Part shown: positions 18,415 through 27,712 of the stretch, piece by piece
Position numbering within the stretch: position 1 is the first letter of the stretch
How the letters are laid out: every line of letters starts with the position of its first letter
Source: Polyangiaceae bacterium
GTDB taxonomy: Bacteria > Myxococcota_A > Polyangia > Polyangiales > Polyangiaceae
DNA: 64,000 nucleotides
Assembly (NCBI GenBank): GCA_035063585.1
Contig: JAPSGB010000001.1
Span: 1-64,000, forward strand
Direction of reading: 5' to 3'
Notes under the pieces: model-generated
Databases searched by the model: none
Told to the model about the DNA's origin: nothing
The model's input: the letters and a program-made list of their open reading frames with translations, nothing else
Program-made: the position numbers and the translations under genes

Positions 18415-21400
18415 TTACTGGATGCCGTACTCGCGGAGGCGCCGGTAGAACGTCCGCCGCGGGATGCCGCTCAGCTCCGCGGCCTTCACCCGGTTCCAGT
18501 TGCACGACTCGAGCGCAGCCATGATCCGCGCGCGCTCGCTCTCGCGATGCTCCGACAGCGACGCGCGGCTCTCGCGCGAGGCGGGGCCCGGGCGCCGCTC
18601 CGAGTCGGGGCGCCGGCTCGAGGGTGAGCGCCCGTCCGGGAGCTCGAGGTCCTCGCCCTCGAGTTCGTCGCCCTCCGACAAGACCCAAGCGTTCAGGAGC
18701 ACGTGCTCGAGCTGACGGACGTTCCCCGGCCAGTCGTAGTTCGAGAGCCGGCGTAGCGCGTCACGGGAGAGCGACTTCTTGTCGCGCTTGTAGCGCGCCG
18801 CGAATAGCTTGAGGAAGTGATCCACGAGCTGCGGGATGTCCGCTGCTCGCTCCCGAAGGGGCGGGATGCGAACCTCGACGACGTGGATACGATAGTAGAG
18901 GTCCTCGCGGAACGCCCCGTCGGCGACCAAGCGCTCGAGATCGCGGTGGGTGGCGAAGATGAGCCGAACGTCCACCGGCTCCTCGTTGGCTCCCCCGATC
19001 GGCCGCACCTTCCTCTCCTGCAGGACTCGAAGCAGCCCGGCCTGCATCTTCTGCGGCATCTCGCCGATCTCGTCGAGGAGCACACTGCCGCCCTCTGCCT
19101 CCCGCAGGAGCCCGCGCCGCTCGCGATCGGCGCCCGTGAACGCGCCGCGGACGTGTCCGAAGAGCTCGCTCTCGAGCAGGTTCTCCGGGATGGCGCCGCA
19201 GTTCACGCCCAGGAACTTCCCCTTGGCGCGCGAAGAGGCCGCGTGGATCGCGCGCGCCACCACCTCCTTGCCGGTCCCGCTCTCACCGGTGATGAGCACC
19301 GGGATGTCGGTGTCCTTCACGCGCTCGATGAGCGCGTAGACACGACGCATCGCTTCGCTGGTACCCACCAGACCCTGGTAGCCGAAGTGACCGAGCAACG
19401 TCTCGCGCGCGTCCCGTAGCCGCCGGCGCGCGCGCTTGAGTTGCTCCGTGCGATCGCCGAGCAGCTCACGCAGCCGCGCTTGCGCCTCGGCGAGCTCGCG
19501 GTTGGAGGACTCGAGCTCGACCGCGCGCTGCCGATTCTCCGTGAGGAGGCGCGCCGTCTCGAGCGCGATCGCCACCTGATCGGCGAAGGCACGGAGCGTG
19601 GGTAGCTCGCGCTCGAAGTGCGCGCCCGGACGGTGCCGGGTCTCGAGGTACAGCGCGCCGATGGCCGGCCCGGACGGCGCCAGGATGGGCACGCAGGCGA
19701 CCGATTGCAGCATCAGCTCGTGGACCGACGCATAGCCGGTCATGCGGGCGTCATCGCGCGCGCTCAAGGTGACGATCGGCTCTCGAGTCGCGATCACCGT
19801 CTCGGCGATGGAGCGGGAGAACTCCGCGTGGGGCGCGTCGCCGGCGCGCGAACGTGAGGTGTGGACGTTGAGCGAGCCATCGGGCTGCACCATGAGCACG
19901 AGCCCCTGCTCGGCGCGCAAGAGCTCGACCGCGTGGTCGATGACCCGCGCGCCCAGCCGATCGAGCTCGACCTCGCCGGCGAGCTCGGCGTTGATCTCCA
20001 GGATCCGAGCCAGACGCTGCTCGAGCGGGGTGGAGGTGAAGGAAGAGATGGTGGTCTGGCCGGGGCGCATCGCCAAGACCCGCGAGCCGGGCACCGCACC
20101 GAGCGGGACGTGGTCGGTCGGCGCCATCGCGAACGGCAGCGGCACGATGTCGCGGAGCTGGCGGCGGCGGGCGTCGTTCCAGTATACCTCGCGGAGATCG
20201 CGAGGCAGTCGCGCGCCGATGTCCTCGAGCACGGCGAGCGCCTCCTCACGATCACGGCGAGCCAAGAGCGGCTGCCCCCCCGTGTCCTCGAGCGTCGCGC
20301 GCGCCTCGAGCGCGCGCCAGATCCACTCCTTCTGCCCCGCAGCGCGCGCGGCCTCGAGCGCCTCCGCGAGCTCGCCACGCGCCGCCGCCTCGTCCCCGCC
20401 GCAGGCGGTGACGCGCGCGCTCGCGAGCAGGAAGAGCGGGCGATGCGCGGTGACGTCGCCGAGCGCCTCGCGTGCGCGCTCGAGCGCAGCGCGAAGCTCG
20501 GTCACGTTCGCCTGCTCCGAGCGCGAGGCGAGCAGGAGCCCCTCGAGGCGCGCCTCGGCGGAGTCGATGCCGCGCCCAAGTCGCTCCCAAGCCTCGGCAC
20601 AGTCATCATAGAGCCTCGCCGCCAGCGTAACGTCACCTGCGCGCGACGCGTACTCCGCCTCGAGCCCGACGAGCTGAGCGCGCGCCACCGGGGCGAGCTG
20701 GGCGCGCTGCAGGACCAGCGCCTCGATGCTCTCCCGCGCGCGCGCCAGGCGGCCGAGATAGAGATCGGTGTTGGCGAGGTTCAGGAGCGCGCTCAGCACC
20801 GTCGAGCGGCGCCCGGAGCGGCGGCCCATGTCGACCGCTGCCTCGAAGTGCTCGATCGCGCCGGCGATCTCCCCACGCACCTTGAGCAGGCCGGCCAGGT
20901 TGAGCCGAAGCGTCGCCAGCATCCCGGCATCGGACGCGCGCTCGGCCGCGGCGATCCCGCTCGCGTAAGCGTCGCGCGCGTCCTCGAAGCGGTCTTCGCG
21001 CTGCGCGACCAGCCCCGCGCACGCGAACGCGACGGCCTCCACGCGGGGCGAGCCCGCCGCGCGCGCGCGCTCGACTGCGGTCGCGAGGGTGACGCGCGCC
21101 TGCGCTTGTTCACCGAGGAAGGTCTCTGCGAGCCCCCGGAAGGCGAGCGCCTCGGCCCCGACGATTCCGGGCTCGGACTCGAGCGAAGCGAGCAGCGTCT
21201 TGGCGCGCGCGTACTCGCCGGCGCCGACGTGAGCGCGCGAGAGGTAGAGCGCCCAGCGCTTGCACTCCGGCGCGTCGCCGCGCGCCTCGACCTCGGTCGT
21301 CACGGCCGACAGCACCTCGAGAGCCTTCTGCGCCTCGCCGAGCCCGAGCTCGAGCCGCGCCTCCGCTACCGCGCGCTCGACCGGATCGACGCCGTCGGCG

Positions 21401-22821
21401 AGCGACAGCGCCGCACGCGCATCAGTGAAGCGACCTCGATCGAGGAACTCGAGCGCGCGCTCGAACGGCGCGCCCGCCGGACCGACGGGCTCGCTGCCGA
21501 CGAGCCGCTCGATGTCCGCCTCGGAGGCGACCGCCTCGCTCGCGAGCGCGCGCACCAGTCGGCGGAGCTCGCCCGGTCGAGCGCCGGACACGTCTACGAT
21601 GCGGTCGAGGAGCCGCGCGGTGAGCGACGGAATGGCGCGGCGCACCAGGTCGGTCGCGGCGCGACGCTCGAGCGGCGGCACGGTGAAGACGCGTGCGCCC
21701 TCGGTGGTCGCGCCGACCAACACCAGGCGCGCGCCAGAAGTGCGCGCGCGCAGGATACGCTCGCGACTCGAGCGCGCGAGGGAGCCGGCGTCGTCGACCA
21801 GCACCGCGACGCCGCTCAGGGAACCGAGCGAGGCGAGCTCGGCCTCGATCGCTGCCGGCGAACCGCACACGCTGTCGTCGATCCACACCATGGGGGCACC
21901 CTCGACCCCGAGCGACCACGCCAGGCGCCGCATGAGCGCGCTGCGCCCGGAGCCGGGCGGGCCCTCGAGCGAGAGGGTTTCCCCGGGAGGTAGCGCCCTC
22001 ACCGACTCGAGCAGCGCCCCGGCCGTCCCGTCGATGCCGACGATCGGCCAGAGCACCGCGTCACCGGGCGCGTCGTCGCCCCGCTCGAGCCGCGCCGCGC
22101 GGCGGAGCGCGGTCGAGAACTCGTCGGCGGAGGGGAAGCGAGCGGAGGGCTCCTCGGAGGTGGCCCGCGCGGCCACGCGCGCGAGCTCGGCGGCCACCGC
22201 GCGCTCGATCGCGCTGCCCGAGCGCGTGACGATGTCGTCCAGCGCGACGCCGAGCGCGTACACCTCGGCGCGAACGGTGAGCGATTTTCCCTGAAAGAGC
22301 TCCGGAGCCGCATACTTCGGCGTCAAGCCCTCGGGCGGCGAGCCCGACTCTCGCCACGGCGCGGCGAGCCCGAGGTCGACCAGGGTCGCGCGACCGCTCG
22401 GCTGCACGATGATGTTCGCCGGCTTCACGTCGCCGTGGAGCAAGCCCGCGCGATGGAGCACGGTCAGCTGATCGGCGGCGCGCGCGAGCGCGGCGAGCGC
22501 CCGGCCCGCGACCGACTCGCGCGCGATGAGCTCCTCGAGGCTCTCACCCTCCACCAGCTCGCGCAGCATGAACGCGCGGCCGCTCTCGGCGAGGCGACCG
22601 AAGCGCACCACGCGCGGCACACCGAGCCCCTCGAGGCCGCTCAGCGCGACCGCCTCGCGCACCAGCGCGGCGCGCTCGCGTTCACTCGCTCCTTCGGCGA
22701 GCACCTTGAGCGCGAGCCGCGCGCCAGTGTAGCGGTCTCGTACCGACCAGACCTCGCCGCCCCCGCCCTTGCCCAGGGTGGACTCGGGCTCGTAGCGTTC
22801 AGGCAGGCGGATCGAGGTCAC
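18415..22821 (-). CDS. Ser/Thr kinase-P-loop-TPR-GAF-sigma54 AAA+-HTH fusion regulator
   Basis: GKGGGG, ALK, HGDVKPANI, DLG, APE; GPPGSGRS; TPR region; GESGTGKE, GAFTGA, WPGNVRQL; HTH. Confidence 0.9.
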   Translation of the reverse strand: MTSIRLPERYEPESTLGKGGGGEVWSVRDRYTGARLALKVLAEGASERERAALVREAVALSGLEGLGVPRVVRFGRLAESGRAFMLRELVEGESLEELIARESVAGRALAALARAADQLTVLHRAGLLHGDVKPANIIVQPSGRATLVDLGLAAPWRESGSPPEGLTPKYAAPELFQGKSLTVRAEVYALGVALDDIVTRSGSAIERAVAAELARVAARATSEEPSARFPSADEFSTALRRAARLERGDDAPGDAVLWPIVGIDGTAGALLESVRALPPGETLSLEGPPGSGRSALMRRLAWSLGVEGAPMVWIDDSVCGSPAAIEAELASLGSLSGVAVLVDDAGSLARSSRERILRARTSGARLVLVGATTEGARVFTVPPLERRAATDLVRRAIPSLTARLLDRIVDVSGARPGELRRLVRALASEAVASEADIERLVGSEPVGPAGAPFERALEFLDRGRFTDARAALSLADGVDPVERAVAEARLELGLGEAQKALEVLSAVTTEVEARGDAPECKRWALYLSRAHVGAGEYARAKTLLASLESEPGIVGAEALAFRGLAETFLGEQAQARVTLATAVERARAAGSPRVEAVAFACAGLVAQREDRFEDARDAYASGIAAAERASDAGMLATLRLNLAGLLKVRGEIAGAIEHFEAAVDMGRRSGRRSTVLSALLNLANTDLYLGRLARARESIEALVLQRAQLAPVARAQLVGLEAEYASRAGDVTLAARLYDDCAEAWERLGRGIDSAEARLEGLLLASRSEQANVTELRAALERAREALGDVTAHRPLFLLASARVTACGGDEAAARGELAEALEAARAAGQKEWIWRALEARATLEDTGGQPLLARRDREEALAVLEDIGARLPRDLREVYWNDARRRQLRDIVPLPFAMAPTDHVPLGAVPGSRVLAMRPGQTTISSFTSTPLEQRLARILEINAELAGEVELDRLGARVIDHAVELLRAEQGLVLMVQPDGSLNVHTSRSRAGDAPHAEFSRSIAETVIATREPIVTLSARDDARMTGYASVHELMLQSVACVPILAPSGPAIGALYLETRHRPGAHFERELPTLRAFADQVAIALETARLLTENRQRAVELESSNRELAEAQARLRELLGDRTEQLKRARRRLRDARETLLGHFGYQGLVGTSEAMRRVYALIERVKDTDIPVLITGESGTGKEVVARAIHAASSRAKGKFLGVNCGAIPENLLESELFGHVRGAFTGADRERRGLLREAEGGSVLLDEIGEMPQKMQAGLLRVLQERKVRPIGGANEEPVDVRLIFATHRDLERLVADGAFREDLYYRIHVVEVRIPPLRERAADIPQLVDHFLKLFAARYKRDKKSLSRDALRRLSNYDWPGNVRQLEHVLLNAWVLSEGDELEGEDLELPDGRSPSSRRPDSERRPGPASRESRASLSEHRESERARIMAALESCNWNRVKAAELSGIPRRTFYRRLREYGIQ

Positions 22822-23756
22822 AAACCGTAGTCGAGGCCGAGCCCGGCGATGAACCCGCTGGTGCCGAAGCCGAGGTCGAGCCGCGCCGCAAAGTTGCGAT
22901 GCGGCTTATAGCGAAGGCCGGTCTCGAGCATGAGGAGCGGAAACACGATGGGCTTCGAGCCGCCATCCGCCCAGCTCGCTTCCTTGTATCCGTTATAGTG
23001 ATCGTTGTCGTCGCCGCAGTAGCTCGCGTCGGGGCTCCCCTTGCCCACGCACGGCTTGTAGTCGTAGGGATCGGACGCGCCCCCTGGATAGGACTGCGTG
23101 CGAAAGAGATCGCCCCACACGATACCGAGACCGGCGCCCATGCCGTAGTTCAGCGAGAACTCCGGGGAGAACTCCTGGCTCCACAGGAAATCCGCGGTGA
23201 GCTGGATCATCTTGATCTCGCTCTCGATGATCTCCCACGCGGTGTCGGGATCGGAGCTCGCCTTGAACGGCGTCGGCTTCATCCCGTAGTCCGCGTAGGT
23301 GAGCGCGAACAGGTACTCGAAGCCGTCCTTACGGATGGCGAACTCGGGGCCGAAGTCGTGCACATAGACGGTGCGACCACCATCGGCGCCGAACATGTTC
23401 TGCATGAACTTCGGCACGATGTATCCGCGGTAGCGCAGGCCGAGAAAGTGATAGGTCTTGCCGGGGAGCTCCACCGGGGAGCCGCCCGCCTCGGCGTCGG
23501 CGATCTTCTTACGCTCCTCCGCGGAGCCGGCGGGCGCGACCGGCGCGGCCGGCTCGTCTTCGTCTCCGGCGGACGTGGTCACGGTCGCTGTGTCGCCGCC
23601 ACCGGGCGCCGCGCTCGAAGCTCCCCCCGCGCTCGCCGCGCCGGTCGCCGGCGGAGCCGGCTCGGGGGGCGCCCCCTGCGCGGCCACCGGGAGCGCGACC
23701 AAGAGAACGCCGCCAGCAACGGCCGCGGTGACCAAAGCAAGGAGTCCGCTATGCAT
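22818..23756 (-). CDS. Exported protein, probable outer-membrane beta-barrel
   Basis: SD GGAGG, signal peptide, Pro/Ala linker, alternating amphipathic strands, C-terminal GLGLDYGL. Confidence 0.6.
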   Translation of the reverse strand: MHSGLLALVTAAVAGGVLLVALPVAAQGAPPEPAPPATGAASAGGASSAAPGGGDTATVTTSAGDEDEPAAPVAPAGSAEERKKIADAEAGGSPVELPGKTYHFLGLRYRGYIVPKFMQNMFGADGGRTVYVHDFGPEFAIRKDGFEYLFALTYADYGMKPTPFKASSDPDTAWEIIESEIKMIQLTADFLWSQEFSPEFSLNYGMGAGLGIVWGDLFRTQSYPGGASDPYDYKPCVGKGSPDASYCGDDNDHYNGYKEASWADGGSKPIVFPLLMLETGLRYKPHRNFAARLDLGFGTSGFIAGLGLDYGL

Positions 23757-23872
23757 GAAGCCTCCGTTCGAGTTATCGAGAAGTGAGGGGTGCGCCGAGA
23801 CGAGCCGCCCGCCGTCAGCGCGCGCGGCACACGCTGGAGTGTGCCATGGCACACGGGCGCGCCGCAAAGGCC

Positions 23873-23902
23873 TTGCATCATCCTGAAATCATGAGTATAT
23901 TT
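23873..23902 (+). promoter_or_regulatory. Sigma70-type promoter for hydrolase
   Basis: TTGCAT-18 nt-TATATT in AT-rich patch. Confidence 0.55.
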
Positions 23903-23937
23903 CTGGTCACGGCGCGATCTCGTGCCGCCGAACCGCG

Positions 23938-25041
23938 ATGATCCTCCACAGCCAGGTGGTAGAGCAGGCCGTCGACGTCGGTGAGCACGGACGCTTCGTG
24001 AAAGAGCTCGTATTGGCGCGCGGGCCGGTGCCGATCTCGCTCGTGCGAAAGCGACTAGCGAAGCCCGACGCGGCGGTCGGTGCCACGACCGATCCCGACG
24101 CGGCCGCGGAGCCGACCCGCGCGACCGTCCTCCTCATCCATGGCTACGGGCAGAACCGCTACGCCTTCCACTTGCCAGCGCGGAGCATGGTCGACGCGCT
24201 CGCGCGCGCCGGCTTCGACGTCTACAACGTCGACCTGCGAGGCCGCGGGCGGAGCGCGCACTTCGGCGCGCCGCGACCGGGCAGCATCCTCGAGTTCGTC
24301 CACGAGGACGTGCCCGCGGCGCTCGACGAGGTCGAGCGCCTGTCAGGCAAGCGACCCGTGTTCCTGGTCGGTCACTCGCTCGGCGGCGTCGTGTCGTACT
24401 GCGTGGCGGTCGATCATCGACCGCGCGTCGCCGGCGTGGTGAGTCTCGGCTCACCGTATCACTTCACGCTCGGCTCGCGCTGGCTGGCGGGCGCCGGGGT
24501 GGCGTTCCGCACGCTCGATCGCCACCTGCACATGCCGAACGTGATGCTGCCGGTGAGCGCGTTCGGCAAGGCGGTGCGCGCCGCACGCACCTTGGTGGAC
24601 AGCCCACTCTACCCGTTCCCGCTGCGAGGCTTCCATCGCGGCTCGATGGAGCCAGAGGTGCTCCGGCAGCACATGGCGCTCGCGATGGATCGCGGCAGCG
24701 TCGCGACCATCCGCGCCATGTTCAACTGGGCGAGCCAGGTCCGCAAGCTCGGCGCGAGCGGCGAAGACGGCGTGTTCGGCTACGCGGGTCGCTTCGAGGC
24801 GCTCGACCTCCCGCTCCTCGTGATCTCCGGCACCTACGACGACCTCGCGCCGCCCGCTTCAGTGGAGCCGGCCTATCGCCTCTCGCGCTCGACGGACAAG
24901 ACCTATCGCGAGCTGCCGTTCGGCCACATCGATCTGCTCGTCGGACGCGACGCGCCGCTGCTCACCTGGCCGCTCGTCGAGTCGTGGCTCTCGCAGCGCG
25001 GCGGGGCCGCCGCCAAGGCGAGCGACACGGCCGCCGCCTGA
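23938..25041 (+). CDS. Alpha/beta hydrolase (lipase/esterase-like)
   Basis: LIHGYGQN, GHSLGG nucleophile, YDDLA, FGHIDLL. Confidence 0.85.
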   Translation: MILHSQVVEQAVDVGEHGRFVKELVLARGPVPISLVRKRLAKPDAAVGATTDPDAAAEPTRATVLLIHGYGQNRYAFHLPARSMVDALARAGFDVYNVDLRGRGRSAHFGAPRPGSILEFVHEDVPAALDEVERLSGKRPVFLVGHSLGGVVSYCVAVDHRPRVAGVVSLGSPYHFTLGSRWLAGAGVAFRTLDRHLHMPNVMLPVSAFGKAVRAARTLVDSPLYPFPLRGFHRGSMEPEVLRQHMALAMDRGSVATIRAMFNWASQVRKLGASGEDGVFGYAGRFEALDLPLLVISGTYDDLAPPASVEPAYRLSRSTDKTYRELPFGHIDLLVGRDAPLLTWPLVESWLSQRGGAAAKASDTAAA

Positions 25042-25115
25042 GCAGAGCGTGACGCCGCGACGGGCGCGCCGCGCGGTTCCGCGCCGGACCGACACCCCTC
25101 CCCCATCGAGCTCGA

Positions 25116-25385
25116 CTACTTATCGAGCTTCTTTTGGAGCCGCGCGAGATCCGACTCGAGGTTCTTCACCTGCCGGCGGAGGTCCTTCACGTCCTGCGCG
25201 GTGGCGAGGTGCATGAGTTGGGCGAAGCGCTCCGTCTGCTCGGCGGTGAACGTGTTCACCTTTCCGGGCACCTGCACCACCGTCATCATCGCCTTCATGA
25301 ATTGTTCGTTTTGCATCAGCTTGGCGACCCGCGGATCGCCGATCAGCTTCATGCTCTGCTTCTTGACCTCGTCCTTGATTCCCAT
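25116..25385 (-). CDS. Small coiled-coil protein, phasin/PhaF-like C-terminus
   Basis: MGIKDEVKK...LATAQDVKDLRRQVKNLESDLARLQKKLDK; SD GGAG. Confidence 0.65.
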   Translation of the reverse strand: MGIKDEVKKQSMKLIGDPRVAKLMQNEQFMKAMMTVVQVPGKVNTFTAEQTERFAQLMHLATAQDVKDLRRQVKNLESDLARLQKKLDK

Positions 25386-25547
25386 GGTGTCTCCCGAGCG
25401 CCGCCCGCGGCGCGCGGCACATTTAGGCGGCGCATCGGCCCGGATGCAAGCCGGAGTCGCGAACGAGCACGAGCGCAGGGGGCCGCGAGATGCTCGGGGC
25501 GGGGCCCTGGCTGGTTCGCTGGTTGCGAGCGCGCTACCATGAAGCCC

Positions 25548-26036
25548 ATGTCGAGGAGGACGCGCCACCCGCTCTGGACGGCTGGGGCTGCGCTCGTGCT
25601 CGGCGCCGCGCTCGGCGGATGCACGACCTACGTGAAGCGCGGGAGCACCCTCTACGCCGACGGCCGGTACGTGGAGGCCGCCGAGGTGTTCGAGCAGACC
25701 GAGTATCGGCTCCGCGAGTCGACCCCGCGGCAGCAGGCCGAATATGGGCTCTACCGCGGGCTCACGCTGCTCGCGCTCGGAGACGTCGGCGCCGCGGGGC
25801 GATGGCTCGAGTACGCCTCCGCGAGCGAGCGGAGCCACCCGGGTGCCTTGCGGGGGGAGCGGCGCGCGCTGCTCGAGCGCGCTCGAGCCGAGCAGCAGGA
25901 GCGGGCGCGCGCGCTCCACTTCGGCGGCCCCCCACCGACGGCGCTCGCCGACAGTCAACCCGCGCCCCCGAGCCCTCCCCCGGCGCCCGCGCCCGGCGAC
26001 GGAGGACCGGGCGCCATGCGGCGCGGTTTGCGATAG
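25548..26036 (+). CDS. Lipoprotein, TPR-like (paralog of 5616-6122)
   Basis: Lipobox LGGC; shares RG..LY...Y..A, Y...RG.T, WL..A, HPG.L. Confidence 0.7.
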   Translation: MSRRTRHPLWTAGAALVLGAALGGCTTYVKRGSTLYADGRYVEAAEVFEQTEYRLRESTPRQQAEYGLYRGLTLLALGDVGAAGRWLEYASASERSHPGALRGERRALLERARAEQQERARALHFGGPPPTALADSQPAPPSPPPAPAPGDGGPGAMRRGLR

Positions 26037-26045
26037 CATCCGCCC

Positions 26046-26663
26046 ATGCGTGGGCTCGCCGTCGGCCTGACGATCGCCTCGCTCGTCATGAGTGTCGCCC
26101 CTGGCGCGCGCGCGGCGTCGAGCTGCTACGACGGCGCGCAGAACGGGCCCGAGTCGGACGTGGACTGCGGCGGTGACTGTCCGCTCTGCGCGGTCGGTAG
26201 CGCGTGCCGCGTCGCGCGCGACTGCGCGAGCGGGCTCTGCAACGCCAGCGTGTGCGAGGAGCGGAGCTGGTCGCCGGGCACGCCGATCCCCAGCGGGTAC
26301 CACGTCGAGCAGAGCCGCCACGACCGCGCGGCTACCGCGCGGGTGGGCGGCGCGTGGTTCCTCGGAGTCGGCTACGCCTCGGCGTACGTGAGCGCGCTCG
26401 CGCTCCCGAACCAACTCTCCGCGATGTACGTGCCTTTGGCGGGTCCGTGGCTCTCGCTCCGCCGTGCCGAGCCGGGCTGGCCGAAGACGCTGCTCATCGC
26501 CAACGGCGTGGTCCAGGACGTCGGCGCGGTGCTGCTCATCGGCGGGCTCATCGGCGCAGGACAGCAGCTCTTGCGCGAGCGCGAGGCGCCGAACGCGCGG
26601 CTCGACGTGGTGCCGGCCCTCGGCGCCCGCGGTGGGAGCGTGACCGTGATCGGCGTCTTCTGA
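26046..26663 (+). CDS. Exported protein with myxobacterial Cys-rich repeat and hydrophobic C-terminus
   Basis: Signal peptide, [22 protein letters not shown]...C...DCASGLC...C. Confidence 0.7.
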   Translation: MRGLAVGLTIASLVMSVAPGARAASSCYDGAQNGPESDVDCGGDCPLCAVGSACRVARDCASGLCNASVCEERSWSPGTPIPSGYHVEQSRHDRAATARVGGAWFLGVGYASAYVSALALPNQLSAMYVPLAGPWLSLRRAEPGWPKTLLIANGVVQDVGAVLLIGGLIGAGQQLLREREAPNARLDVVPALGARGGSVTVIGVF

Positions 26664-26664
26664 C

Positions 26665-27450
26665 TCAGTTATAGGTCGCGCTCAAGAGGAGCGCGTAGCT
26701 GGTCGTGGTGTGCGACCATGCCACGCCGTTCGCGTCGGTTGCGTCGGTGCCCGAGCGCACGAGCCGCACGAGCGCCCCCACGCCCCACTCGTCCGACAGC
26801 CACCACTCATAGCCGGCGCCGAGCACGAAGCCGGTGCCGGTCGCGCTGTGGGCGTGGAGCGCCGAGCCGTAGCTGAGCGGCCGACCGGTGCCGGCGACGT
26901 AGGTGCCGAGCCCGACTCCGGCCTGCACGTGCAGGCCGCGCGAAGGCATCGGATAGAAATCGAGCATCGGGCAAAAGAGCGCGAGCTGCGAGATCTCGAA
27001 GCGGTAGTCGCCGCCCCCGACGCCCGTGCCGGTCGCGCGCGGGCGGTTCAGCGTGGCGGTGTACACGCCCGCGCCGAGCGCGAGCCCGTGGGTCACGGTG
27101 TAACCGAACGCGACCTCGGTCGCGCCTCCGAAGGTGTCGGCGGTCCCCGAGTAGCTCTTGCCGTCGCCGTACCCCGGTCGCGCGAAGTAGTCGCTGGTCG
27201 CCTCTGCGAAATCGAGACCCAGCCCGACGCCACCGGCGAAGCGAAAGTAGATACCGTCATGGCGGTGCGTGCTCGGGTTCGAGAGCCGCTCGTAGTCGGG
27301 CCGCTCTTCTTCGCGACCACCGGGCGCCCACGGTCGACGATGATACGGCCCGAGCACACGCTCTCCGGGCGGCGGCACGGGGTCGGCGCGCGCGGCCGCG
27401 CTCACACCGAGCAGCAACGCGCTCGCGGCCAAGAGCAAGGCGGGCCTCAT
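26665..27450 (-). CDS. Outer-membrane beta-barrel protein
   Basis: Signal peptide (ARA-D), HDGIYFRFAGGVG, GAGYEWW, terminal SATYN. Confidence 0.7.
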   Translation of the reverse strand: MRPALLLAASALLLGVSAAARADPVPPPGERVLGPYHRRPWAPGGREEERPDYERLSNPSTHRHDGIYFRFAGGVGLGLDFAEATSDYFARPGYGDGKSYSGTADTFGGATEVAFGYTVTHGLALGAGVYTATLNRPRATGTGVGGGDYRFEISQLALFCPMLDFYPMPSRGLHVQAGVGLGTYVAGTGRPLSYGSALHAHSATGTGFVLGAGYEWWLSDEWGVGALVRLVRSGTDATDANGVAWSHTTTSYALLLSATYN

Positions 27451-27683
27451 CGAACCCGCGAGAGCCTAGCGCAGCTCGGGAGCACAACGGAAATGAGGCT
27501 GGCGGGCCGCTGTTTCTTAGGGTTTGCCGGGGCGGCGCGGAACCCTGCGGCCCGCCGGGCCGTTGCTCGAGCAGCACACCCGCTCTCGACGCGTCGCAGC
27601 GACGCCACAGGATCGGCCGCGGCACCGTGCCGCCGATGCCACACCGCGCGCAGAACCGGCGGGAACCTCGTCACTTGGGCGCA

Positions 27684-27699
27684 CGGCACGGATGCTGCT
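27684..27699 (+). promoter_or_regulatory. Sigma54 -24/-12 promoter
   Basis: CGGCACGGATGCTGCT, GG-N10-GC spacing; predicted +1 near 27710, 3 nt before the ATG. Confidence 0.55.
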
Positions 27700-27712
27700 A
27701 GACGTCCTTGCC

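Noticed and set aside
23839..23862. Sigma54 promoters at the TGGCAC palindrome
   Set aside because: GG-N10-GC spacing fails on both strands
23938..25041. PHA synthase PhaC
   Set aside because: Lipase box has Ser (GHSLGG), not the catalytic Cys of PhaC
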